From Squalus acanthias (taxonomy: Eukaryota): 64,000 nucleotides of DNA. Shown piece after piece: positions 36,930-47,595 of the stretch (the first letter of the stretch is position 1; each line of letters opens with the position of its first letter). Made by a program: the position numbers and the translations under genes. The notes under the pieces were generated by a model that saw nothing but the letters and a program-made list of their open reading frames with translations, did no database searches and had not been told where the DNA came from. Where the stretch lies: the NCBI GenBank assembly GCA_030390025.1, contig CM059438.1, positions 59,336,001 through 59,400,000 on the forward strand. Reading direction: 5' to 3'.

Positions 36930-37190
36930 TAGAGAGACAGAGAAAGCAGAAAGAGACACCAGCCGGAGAGACACAGACACCAGCCAGAGAGACACAGACT
37001 CCAGCCAGAGAGACACCAGCCGGAGAGACACAGACCAGCCAGAGAGACACAGACTCCAGCCAGAGAGACACAGACTTCAGCCAGAGAGACAGACACCAGC
37101 CAGAGACACAGACTCCAGCCGGAGAGACAGACATCAGCCAGAGACACAGACTCCAGCCGGAGACACGGACACCAGCCAGAGACACAGAGC
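36930..37190. repeat. Degenerate repeat of about 22 bp (CCAGCCAGAGAGACACAGACT) in the ier3 5' UTR
   Basis: About a dozen visible imperfect copies between the TATA box and the ATG. Confidence 0.85.
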
Positions 37191-37209
37191 CGAGCTGCCG
37201 CTCTCGGAC

Positions 37210-37635
37210 ATGTGTCCCCGCAATCCCGCCGGCCCGAGGATGCCGCACCGAGCTCAGGCCGAGATCTTCACCTTCGACACAGAGTCGCTGAGGGCCATGT
37301 CCCGGTGCCAGCCCAGCCGGAGCAGCAGGCGGCCCCGCCGGGTCCTGTACCCGGCCACCGTCAGGCGCTACCTCCCTCCCCAGCAGCGGGACCACCCCAA
37401 GACCTGGCTCCTCGTCCTCTGCGCCGTGGTCGCCCTGCAAATCTACTCGGAGCAGCCGGCGCCGCTGGCCGAAGAGGGGGAGCTGGCCAGCCCCGGGCTC
37501 CCCCAGGACTCGCTCGGCCCCGGGCTCGGCTTGAACAGCAGCCACACGACCCCTGCCGAGCTGGAGCAGACCCCGAGCCCAGGTTCCTGCGCCTACCTCC
37601 AGCTCTTTGTGGAGGCAAATTACCTGAAACTGTAA
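37210..37635 (+). CDS. ier3: Immediate early response 3 (IEX-1) homologue, 141 aa, single exon
   Basis: MC start, EIFTFD, RRVLYPATVRRYLP and hydrophobic WLLVLCAVVALQI match the IER3 hallmarks (human EIFTFD, RRVLYPRVVRRQLP, LLFLLLTIVFCQI). CpG-rich, with AREs in the 3' UTR. Confidence 0.93.
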   Translation: MCPRNPAGPRMPHRAQAEIFTFDTESLRAMSRCQPSRSSRRPRRVLYPATVRRYLPPQQRDHPKTWLLVLCAVVALQIYSEQPAPLAEEGELASPGLPQDSLGPGLGLNSSHTTPAELEQTPSPGSCAYLQLFVEANYLKL

Positions 37636-37657
37636 AACCCCAGAGGAACGGGTTGAA

Positions 37658-38256
37658 CCCGGCCAAGTCCGGGTCTGGAGAACCTGGCCGGGTCCGGGAC
37701 TGGAGAACATGGCCGGGTCCGGGACTGGAGAACCTGGCCGGGTCCGGGTCTGGAGAACCTGGCCGGGTCCGGGACTGGAGAACCTGGCCAGGTCCGGGAC
37801 TGGAGAACCTGGCCGGGTCCGGGACTGGAGAACCTGGCCGGGTCCGGGACTGGAGAACCTGGCCGGGTCCGAGTCTGGAGAACCTGGCCGGGTCCGGGTC
37901 TGGAGAACCTGGCCGGGTCCGGGTCTGGAGAACCTGGCCGGGTCCGGGACTAGAGAACCTGGCCGGGTCCGGGACTGGAGAACCTGGCCGGGTCCGGGTC
38001 TGGAGAACCTGGCCGGGTCCGGGTCTGGAGAACCTGGCCGGGTCCGGGACTAGAGAACCTGGCCGGGTCCGGGACTAGAGAACCTGGCCGGGTCCGAGTC
38101 TGGAGAACCTGGCCGGGTCCGGGACTAGAGAACCTGGCCGGGTCCGAGTCTGGGTCTGGAGAACCTGGCCGGGTCCGGGTCTGGGTCTGGAGAACCTGGC
38201 CGGGTCCGGGTCTGGGTCTGGAGAACCTGGCCGGGTCCGGGACTAGAGAACCTGGC
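37658..38256. repeat. 25-bp GC-rich minisatellite (GGAGAACCTGGCCGGGTCCGGGACT), about 23 copies, in the ier3 3' UTR
   Basis: Direct periodicity; a few 31-bp variants near the end. Confidence 0.97.
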
Positions 38257-38595
38257 ACCAGATGGACTCGGAAAATCGAGCAATGTGCCGGGTTGGAGAA
38301 GGAGTGACGGGTTCAAACTCCCGGTGCGGGACAGATGGAAACCAGTTTATTTCTCGTAACAAAAAAAAACCTTTCTGGATTCCACTGGGGCAGGTGCAGA
38401 GCCACTGATGATGTGGATTTCGGGACTTTGCCAGATGTGTACTGTAACTCTAACTGCTGCTAAATGAACTGTGAGTCCGCGGCCCGCTGGTGCAAACCCT
38501 TCCTCGGGGGCCGGACACTACAGGAACTGACCCGGGACCTCGAGAGGGACCGCCCGGCAGCACTTGAACTGTTCCTGACAATAACACCTCCTGTG

Positions 38596-38659
38596 TATTT
38601 ATTATTTATCTTATTTATTTAATATCTGGGACATGTGTGTTTGAGATTTACTGAATAAA
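38596..38659 (+). terminator. AU-rich elements and polyadenylation signal of ier3
   Basis: Clustered ATTTA motifs (TATTTATTATTTATCTTATTTATTTAA); AATAAA at 38654-38659 followed by GT-rich TGTGTGTTT. Confidence 0.8.
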
Positions 38660-38955
38660 GAGTGAAATGTAATCCTGTGTGTTTATTGCGGGGGGCAGTC
38701 TGGGCTGGGAAGGCGCCGGACACTCGGGGAGAGGGGCAATGGGGTGAGCGGGTCCCGGTACAGGAGAAGCAGGGTCGGAGAGACCCAGTCCAGGGGTAGA
38801 GCAGCGCTGCCGCTCGGTCTCCGCCTCCGCAAGCTGCTCCCACACGGTCACACACCCGAGTACCGGAGGGACCGCTTCAAAGAGGGTGGGTCAGCGGGCC
38901 GGCTCCGGCCACCCGGCAGTAGCTCGTCCAGCCGCTGCTTTCTGCAGGATTTTCA

Positions 38956-40231
38956 TCAGAGCCCGTGTAACTGACCGGACCCACAATCAGAGTCCGTGTA
39001 ACTGACCGGACCGCAATCAGAGTCCGTGTAACTGACCGGACCCACAATCTGAGCCCGTGTAACTGACCGGACCCACAATCTGAGCCCGTGTAACTGACCA
39101 GACCCGCAATCAGAGTCCGTGTAACTGACCAGACCCGCAATCAGTGTCCGTGTAACTGACCGGACCCACAATCAGAGTCCGTGTAACTGATCGGACCCAC
39201 AATCAGAGTCCGTGTAACTGACCAGACCCGCAATCAGAGTCCGTGTAACTGACCGGAGCCACAATCAGAGTCCGTGTAACTGACCGGACCCACAATCAGA
39301 GTCCGTGTAACTGACCGGAGCCACAATCAGAGTCCGTGTAACTGACCGGACCCGCAATCAGAGTCCGTGTAACTGACCGGACCCACAATCAGAGTCCGTG
39401 TAACTGATCGGACCCACAATCAGAGTCCGTGTAACTGACCGGACCCGCAATCAGAGTCCGTGTAACTGACCGGAGCCACAATCAGAGTCCGTGTAACTGA
39501 CCGGACCCACAATCAGAGTCCGTGTAACTGACCAGACCCACAATCAGAGTCCGTGTAACTGACCGGAGCCACAATCAGAGTCCGTGTAACTGACCGGACC
39601 GCAATCAGTGTCCGTGTAACTGACCGGACCCACAATCAGAGTCCGTGTAACTGACCAGACCCACAATCAGAGTCCGTGTAACTGACCGGACCGCAATCAG
39701 AGTCCGTGTAACTGACCGGACCGCAATCAGTGTCCGTGTAACTGACCGGACCGCAATCAGTGTCCGTGTAACTGACCGGACCCACAATCAGAGTCCGTGT
39801 AACTGACCAGACCCACAATCAGAGTCCGTGTAACTGACCGGAACGCAATCAGAGTCCGTGTAACTGACCGGACCCACAACCAGAGTCCGTGTAACTGACC
39901 GGATCCGCAATCAGAGTCCGTGTCACTGACCGGACCCACAATCAGAGTCCGTGTAACTGACCGGACCCACAATAGAGTCCGTGTAACTGACCGGACCCAC
40001 AATCAGTGTCCGTGTAACTGACCAGACCCACAATCAGAGTCCTTGTAACTGACCGGATCCACAATCAGTGTCCGTGTAACTGACCGGAACGCTATCAGAG
40101 TCCGTGTAACTGACCGGACCGCAATCAGAGCCCGTGTAACTGACCGAAACGCAATCAGAGTCCGTGTAACTGACCAGACCCACAATCAGAGTCCGTGTAA
40201 CTGACCAGACCCACAATCAGAGTCCTTGTAA
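38956..40231. repeat. 30-31-bp minisatellite (AATCAGAGTCCGTGTAACTGACCGGACCCAC), about 41 copies
   Basis: Direct periodicity. Confidence 0.98.
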
Positions 40232-40700
40232 CAACAACAACAACTTGCTTTTAAATAGCACCTTTAATGTAGTAAAATGACCCAAGGTGCTTCACAGGTG
40301 TGTTCTCAAACAAAATTTGAGGCCCAGCCACATAAGGAGATTATCAGACCAGATAACCAAAAGCTGTGTCAAAGAGGTTGGTTTTAAGGATGAAAGAGAG
40401 CTGAGGCTGAGGGAGGGAATTCCAGAGCTTAGGGCCTTGGCAGCTGAAGGCACGGCCGCCAATGGTGGAGCGAATTAAATCAAGCGTGCTCAAGAGGCCA
40501 GAATTGGAGGGGTGCAGATATCTCCGATGCTTGTAGGGCTGGAGGAGATTACAGAACAGGACTTGGTGCGAGTTTGGCAGCAGAGTTTTGGATGACCTCA
40601 AGTTTACAGGGGGTAAAATATGGGAGGTCGGCCAGGAGTGCGCTGGAATAGTCAAGTCGAGAGGTAACAATGGCATGGATGAGGGCGATCAGCATTCTGA
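40231..40700 (-). mobile_element. L2-clade LINE 3' fragment
   Basis: Minus-strand LIHAIVTSRLDYSSALL...IQNSAA and GGRAFSCQGPKLWNSLP; (CAA)n tail at 40231-40244. Confidence 0.85.
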
Positions 40701-40702
40701 GA

Positions 40703-41720
40703 TGGCACACTAACAGGAACTCAGAGGCCATCCTGATCCAGGGATCTTGCCCCGTGTTGTACAGCAGCTCCCAGCAATGATGATTACCCAGGGTGGCAAT
40801 AGATCACTCAGTGACATCGTTCTGTTGCTGCATAGGCACCAAATGTTTTTTGTGAGGTGCTGGAATAATGTCATATAGACTTCAAGAAGGAGGTGCAGTC
40901 GGTGGTCCAAACTCACAACTGCCCACAGAGCTTCAGTCTGGATAGTGATGTTAACCTGCATTTTTTGTAACAGGCACCAATACATTATCCTCAATTTTAG
41001 TCATATCGATTGGTGCAAAGCAAAAGGTCGATGCGTGACTCAACATATGTGTGTAGCACCATACCTTCCTCTCTCGAACTAAACGCCGTTGGTCCTTTCC
41101 AAATTCCATCGAGTGATTTAGGGGATTATTCATCCAGGGTGAACCCACAGGTCGACGGTGAGCTTTGTAAAACATCACATCTGCACAACCAGGCCCCCCT
41201 ATTCCTGGAACAGCACAAAGTGTCTTGGCGATCGCCAGATCCCCTCCCTACCCCTCACCCATACCTACGGATAATTCACCTCTTCCGCATACACATCACC
41301 TGCCAATCGGCTTACTGACTCTTAAATACGTCCACCAGCTTCTGATCAGCAGACAGCAAAGGCATTGCCACTATCACGGGGATTAGTCCTGATATAATGT
41401 CACTCTGCTTGCAGGGTTTCCTGGCATAATACACTGATCCGTATCTTCACGCCTTACACCAATCCATATTCCCATCTGATTTCCAAATTTTCATTTGTTT
41501 GTTCAATATGAAGTTTGAGATCTGACTATTCTCTATATCATTTCACCCTTTTTGGATCTGATTCAACACAAACCCTCCACACATACTGCAGGTATTCAGC
41601 TTAGAGATTTCCTGCTCTGTAAAGTCCTGATTATTTGGCCAATGACTTCATTAACTTTTTCCCTAACCTTTCCTAGTCCTTCTGCTAACTCCTTATCAAA
41701 ACCAGGGATTGTCTTTCCTC
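40703..41720 (-). pseudogene. Highly decayed envelope/fusion-glycoprotein relic related to ERV-B env
   Basis: Broken minus-strand frames include DTLCCSRNRGAWLCRCDVLQSSPSTCG, KVWCYT...TFCFAP and MQQQNDVTE*SIATLGNHHCWELLYNTGQDPWIRMASEFLLVC; the last aligns by eye to the ERV-B env pre-TM/TM segment. Confidence 0.55.
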
Positions 41721-41758
41721 TCCTGTCTGTTTTTCTCATTCACTGCTGCAGCCCTTTT

Positions 41759-41985
41759 CATAGAATCACGGAATGATACAGCGCAGAAGGAGGCCATTCG
41801 GCCCATCGTGCCTGTGCCGGCTCTTTGAAAGAGCTCTCCAATTAGTCCCACTCCCCCTGCTCTTTCCCCGTAGCCCTGCAATGTTTCCCCTTCAAGTATT
41901 TATCCAATTGCCTTTTGAAAGTTATTACTGAATCTGCTTCCACCGCCCTTTCAGGCAGCGCATTCCAGATCACAACAACTCATTC
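41759..41985 (-). mobile_element. CR1-type LINE 3' end fragment
   Basis: CATAGAATC...GGAGGCCATTCGGCCCATCG tail, similar in reverse to 51176-51310. Confidence 0.75.
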
Positions 41986-41994
41986 ACTGATAAA

Positions 41995-42142
41995 GAAAAA
42001 TGAAAGAAAGAAAGACTTGCATTTTCCTCTCGCCTTTCACGACCACTGGACGTCTCAAAGTGCTTTGCAGCCAATGAAGTACTTTTGAAGTGGAGTGACT
42101 GTTGTAATGTGGGAAACGCGGCAGCCGATTTACGCACAGCAA
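41995..42142 (-). mobile_element. SINE fragment with L2-type tail (Deu-core-like)
   Basis: GAAAGAAAGACTTGCATTT...CAAAGTGCTTTGCAGCCAATGAAGTACTTTTGAAGTG...GGAAACGCGGCAGCC pattern. Confidence 0.55.
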
Positions 42143-44650
42143 GATGTGGGCATCGCTGGCGAGGCCAGCATTTATTGCCCATCCCTAATTGCCTTTAAGA
42201 AGGTGGTGGTGAGCCACCTTCTTGTATAGGACTCTGGTGAGACCACACCTGGAGTACTGTGCACTGTTTTGGTCTCCTTATTTAAGGGAGGACATACTTG
42301 CCTTAGAGGCGGTGCAACAACGGTTCACTAGATTGATTCCTGGGATGAGAGGGCTGTCCTATGAGGAGAGATTAAGTAGATTGGGCCTATACTCTCTGTA
42401 GTTTAGAAGAATGAGAGGTGAAACATACAAGATTCTGAGGGGGATTGACAGGGTAGATGCTGAGAGGTTGTTTCCCCTGGCTGGAGAGTCCAGAACTAGG
42501 GGGCATTGTCTCAGGATAAGGGGCCGGCCTTTTAAGACTGAGATGAGGAGGAATTTCTTCACTCAGAGGGTTGTGAATCTTTGGAATTCTCTGCCCCAAA
42601 GTGCTGTGGATGCTCAGCCGTTGAATATATTCAAGGCTGAGATAGATACATTTTTGGACTCCAGGGGAATCAAGGGATATGGGGATAGGACAGAAAAGTG
42701 GAGTTGAAGTCAAAGATTAGCCATGATCTTATTGAATGGTGGAGCAGGCTCAAGGGGCCGTATGGCCTACACCTGGTCTTAATTCTTATGTTCTTGAACC
42801 GCTGCAGTCCATGTGGTGAAGGTACTCCCATAGTGCTGTTAGGGAGGGAGTTCCAGGATTTTGACCCAGCGACGATGAAGGAACAGCGATATATCTCCAA
42901 GTCAGGGTGATGTGTGACTTGGAGGTGCTGTGGAAGAAGCCTTGTCGAGTTGCTGCAGTGCATCTTGTAGATGGTACACACTGCAGCCACGGTGCGCCGG
43001 TGGTGGAGGGAGTGAATGTTTAAGGTGGTGGATGGGGTGCCAATCAAGCGGGCTGCTTTTTCCTGGATGGTGTTGAGCTTCTTGAGTGTTGTTGGAGCTG
43101 CACTCATCCAGGCAAGTGGAGAGTATTCCATCACACTCCTTACTTGTGCCTTGTAGCTGGGGGAAAGGCTTTGGGGAGTCAGGAGGTGAGACACTCGTCG
43201 CAGAATACCTAGCTTCTGACCAGCTCTTGTTGCCACAGTATTTATGTGGCTGGTCCAAATAAGTTTCTGGTCAATGGTGACCCCCAGGATGTTGTTGGTG
43301 GGGGATTCAGTGATGGTAATGCCGTTGAATGTAAAGGGGCGTTGGTTAGATTCTCTCTTGTTGGAGATAGTCATTGTCTGGCACTTCTGTGGTGTGAATG
43401 TTACCTGCCACTTATCAGCCCAATCCTGAATGTCGTCCAGGTCTTGCTGCATGCGGGCATGAACTGCTTCAATATCTGAGGAGTTGTGAATGGAACTGAA
43501 CACTGTGCAATAATCAGCGAACATCCCCACTTCTGATCTTATGACGGAGGGAAGGTCATTGATGAAGCAACTGAAGATGGTTGGGCCTAAGACACTGCCC
43601 TGAGGAACTCCTGCAGCAATGTCCTGGGGCTGAGATGAATAGCCTCCAACAACCACAACCATCTTCCTTTGTGCTGAGTATGACTTCAGCCAGTGGAGAG
43701 TTTTCCCCCTTATTCCCATTGACTTCAGTTTTACTAGTGCTCCTTGATGCCACACTCGGTCAAAAACTGCCTTGATGTCAAGGGCAGTCACTATTACCTC
43801 AGCTCTGGAATTCAGCTCCTTTGTCCATGTTTGGGCAAAGGCTGTAATGAGGTCTGGAGCCGAGTGGTCCTGGCAGAACCCAAACTGAACATCAGTGAGC
43901 AGGTTATTGGTGAGTAAGTGCCGCTTGATAGCACTGTCGGCAACGCCTTCCATCACTTTGCTGATGATTGAGAGTAGACTGATGGGGCGGTAATTGGCCG
44001 GATTGGATTTGTCCTGCTTTTTGTGGACAGGACATACCTGGGCAGTTTTCCACATTGTCGGGTGGATGCCGTTGTAGCTGTACTGGAACAGCTTGGCTAG
44101 AGGCGCGGCTAGTTCTGGAGCACAAGTCTTCAGCACGACAGCCGGGATGTTGTCGGGGCCCATAGCCTTTGCTGTATCCAGTGCGCGCAACCGTTTCTTG
44201 GAGTGAATCGAATTGGCTCAAGACTGGCTTCTGTGATGGTGAGGACCTCAGGAGGAGGCCAAGATAGATCATCCACTCGGCACTTCTGACTGAAGATGGT
44301 TGCAAACGCTTCAGCCTTGTCATTTGCACTCCTGTGCTGGGCTCCACCATCATTGAGGATGGGGATATTCATGGAGCCTCCTCCTCCTGTTAGTTGTTTA
44401 ATTGTCCACCACCATTCACGACTGGATGTGGCAGGACTGCAGAGCTTTGATCTGATCCGTTGATTGTGGGATCGCTTAGCTCCTTCTATAGTATGCTGCT
44501 TCCATTTTTTAGCATGCATGTAATCCTGTGTTGCAGCTTCCCCAGGTTGGCACCTCATTTTTAGGTACGCCTGGTGCTACTCCTGGCATGCTCTTCGACA
44601 CTCCTCCTTGAACCAGGGTTGGTCCCCTGGCTTGATGGTAATGGCAGAGA
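42143..44650 (-). mobile_element. 5'-truncated CR1/L2-superfamily LINE with RT domain, interrupted by a CR1 fragment
   Basis: 506-aa ORF with KAMGPDNI, ANYRPISLL, DIKAVFDRV, GVPQGSVLGP and FADY (catalytic DD mutated). Confidence 0.92.
42225..42790 (+). mobile_element. CR1 LINE 3' fragment nested in the preceding LINE
   Basis: RPHLEYC, RRNFFTQRVVNLWNSLP and a CR1 tail; TTCTTG duplicated at 42219-42224 / 42791-42796. Confidence 0.9.
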
Positions 44651-46910
44651 GGGGGAACCAGTGGATGTAGCTTATTTGGATTTTCAAAAAGCATTCAATA
44701 AGGTGTCACACAAGAGGTTATTACACAAATTTAGGGCTCAAGGGATTGAGGGTAATATATTAACATAGATTGAGGATTGGTTAACAGACAGATAACAGAG
44801 AGTAGGAATTAACGGGTCATTGTCAGGTTGGCAGGCTGTAACTAGTGGGGTAGTGCTTGTCCTCGGCTATTCACAATCTATATCAAATGACTTAGATGAG
44901 GGGACCGAGTGTAATGTATCGAAGTTACAGGTTAAGTGAGTGGGAAGAACATGGCAGATGGAATATAATGTGGAGAAACGTGAAGTTATCCACTTTGGTA
45001 GGAAAAATAGAAAAGTGAATATTTTTTAAAAGTTAAGAGATTGGGAAATGTTGGTATTCAGAGGGACCTGGGTTTCCTCATACACAAATCACAGAAAGTT
45101 AACATGCAGGTACAGCAAGCAATTAGGAAAGCAAGTGATATGTTAGGGATTGGAGTATAAGAGTAAAGCAGTCTTACTGCAATTATACAGGGCCTTGGTG
45201 AGACCACACCTGGAGTACTGTGTACAGTTTTGGTCTCCTTACCTAAGGAAAGACATACTTGCCATAGAGGGAGTGCAACATAGAAACATAGAAGATAGGA
45301 GCAGGAGTAGGCCATTCGGCCCCTCGAGCCTGCTCCGCCATCCAATGAGATCATGGCTGATCATCCAAACTCAGTACCCTGTACCTGCCTTCTCCCCATA
45401 TCCCTTGATACCTTTAGCTTTAAGAAATATATCTAACTCATTCTTGAATATATTTAATGACTTGGCCTCAACTACCTTCTGTGGTAGAGAATTCCACAGG
45501 TTCACCACTCTCTGGGTGAAGAAATTCTTCCTCATTTCTGTCCTAAATGGTTTACCCGTAGATTATGACCCCTGGTTCTGGACTCTCCGACCATCAGGAA
45601 CATTCTTCCTGCATCTAGTTTGTCCAGACCTGTCAGAATTTTATATGTTTCGATGAGATCCCCTCTCATTCTTCTATACTCCAGCGAGTATAAGCCCAAT
45701 CGACCCAATCTCTCCTCATATGTCATTCCTGCCATCCCAGGTATCAGCCTTGTGAATCTTCGCTGAACTCCTTCCATGGCAAGAACATCCTTCCTCAGAT
45801 AAGGCGACCAAGACTGCACACAGTACTCAAGGTGTGGTCTCACCAAGGCCCTGTACAACTGCAGCAGGACATCCCTGTTCCTATACTTAAACCCTTTCGC
45901 TATGAAGGCCAACATACCATTTGCCTTCTTCACCGCCTGCTGCACCTGCATGCTTACCTTCAGCGACTGGTGCACAAGGACACCCAGGTCTCGTTGCACT
46001 TCCCCTTCTCCCAATCTATTGCCATTCAGATAATAGTCTGCCTTTCTGTTTTTGACACCAAAGTGGATAACCTCGCATTTATCCAAGTTATATTGCATCT
46101 GCCATGCTTCTGCCCACTCACCCAACCTGTCCAAATCATCCTAGAGTTTCTCGGTATCCTCCTCGCAGCACACACTCCCACCCAGCTTTGTGTCATCTGC
46201 AAACTTGGAGATATTACATTTAGTTCCCTTATCTAGATCATTAATGTATATTGTGAATAGCTGGGGTCCAAGGACCTATCCCTGCGGTACCCCACTAGTC
46301 ACTGCTTGCCACTCGGAAAAAGACCCATTAATTCCTACTCTCTGCTTTCTGTCCGCCAACCAGTTCTCTATCCAAGTCAATACCTTGCCCCCAATCCCAT
46401 GTGCCTTAACTTTACACGCTAATCTCTTATGCGGGACCTTATCGAAAGCCTTTTGAAAGTCCAAATACACCACATCTACTGGTTCACTCGACTGATTCCT
46501 GGGATGAGGTGATTGTCCTATGAGGAGAGATTGAGTAGAATGGGCTATATGCCCTCAAGTTTAGAAACATATAACATTCTTAAGGGGCTTGACAGGGTAG
46601 AGGCTGGGAGGGTGTTTCCCCTGGCTGGGGAATCCAGAACTAGGGGTCATAGTTTCAGAATAAGGGGTCAGCCATTTAGGACTGAGATGAGGAGCAATTT
46701 CTTCAGTCAGAGGATTGTGAATTTTTGGAATTCTCTACTCCAGAGTGCTCTGAATGCTCAGCCGTTGAGTATATTCAAGACAGAGATCAATAGAATTTTG
46801 AATATTAAGGGAATCAAGGGATATGGGGATAGTGCAGGAAAGTGGAGTTGAGGTAGAAGATCAGGCTCGAAGGGCCGAATGGCCGACTCCTACTCCTATT
46901 TTTATGTTCT
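44651..46910 (+). mobile_element. Decayed CR1 LINE 3' portion, split by an opposite-strand CR1
   Basis: YLDFQKAFNKV and LVRPHLEYCVQFWSP, resuming at about 46481 with NFFSQRIVNFWNSL and the CR1 tail. Confidence 0.88.
45278..46480 (-). mobile_element. CR1 LINE 3' fragment (RT C-terminal half)
   Basis: YLDFQKAFDKVPH, SGVPQG, KFADDTK, RPHLEYCVQSWSP; (ACATAGAA) tail at 45278. Confidence 0.92.
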
Positions 46911-46971
46911 TCCAATGTTTTAAACTCCTTGCTGAGACCCTCATTGAAGTTAAATAGGACCCTGGCCACCC

Positions 46972-47110
46972 TGTGTATGTGTGTATATGAGTATCTGTGT
47001 GCGTGTGCGTGTGTGTGTCTGAGCACGTGTGTCTGTGGGTGTACATGCATATGTGTGCGTGCGTGTGTGTATTTATGTACGTGTGTGTGCGTGTCTGTCT
47101 GTGTGTGTGT
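46972..47110. repeat. Degenerate (GT)n microsatellite
   Basis: Alternating purine-pyrimidine tract. Confidence 0.9.
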
Positions 47111-47595
47111 GGAGATGCTATGGCCCTGGGCTGACCCTGCAGCAGTCAGCACCAGTGCGGGGAGGGGAGAAGGTAGGGAGGTGTGGAGAAAATTTAAAAA
47201 ACAAAGGACCTTCAAGCAGTGAGTGTAGGGAGGGATCGATGGCTCTTGGCATCTGTTTACTGCGCTGGTTTCTGCGGAATGTCACTGTGTGGGGTTTGTG
47301 GGGATAGTCAGCAGCCCAAGGGATGGATTGAAAAGGCTGCACAACATCTTCATTCCTGACATGAATAAACGCATTGCGATGGCCTGAGCCTTTTTGATGC
47401 AAGATGGGTGCATTGTGAGCCCTGAGGGTGAGGCACTGGGCATGTTCTGACTTGTCCTGATTGCCTCCCTTCATCTCAGATCAAGGCAGAATCCCATTCA
47501 ATCTGAATTGAAAAAAAAGCTCCTGTTTCAGCCAGAGGCATGAAGGAGATCCTTCAAAACGCGTAGAGTGCTGACTCTATCTTGCAGGGAACGAT

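Noticed and set aside
36739..38078. ORFs of 323 aa (minus) and 288 aa (plus) overlapping ier3
   Set aside because: Products of GC-rich sequence and stop-free tandem repeats; the 141-aa frame carries the IER3 motifs.
38877..40216. Repetitive minus-strand ORFs (VRSVTRTL...)
   Set aside because: Translations of the 30-31-bp minisatellite.
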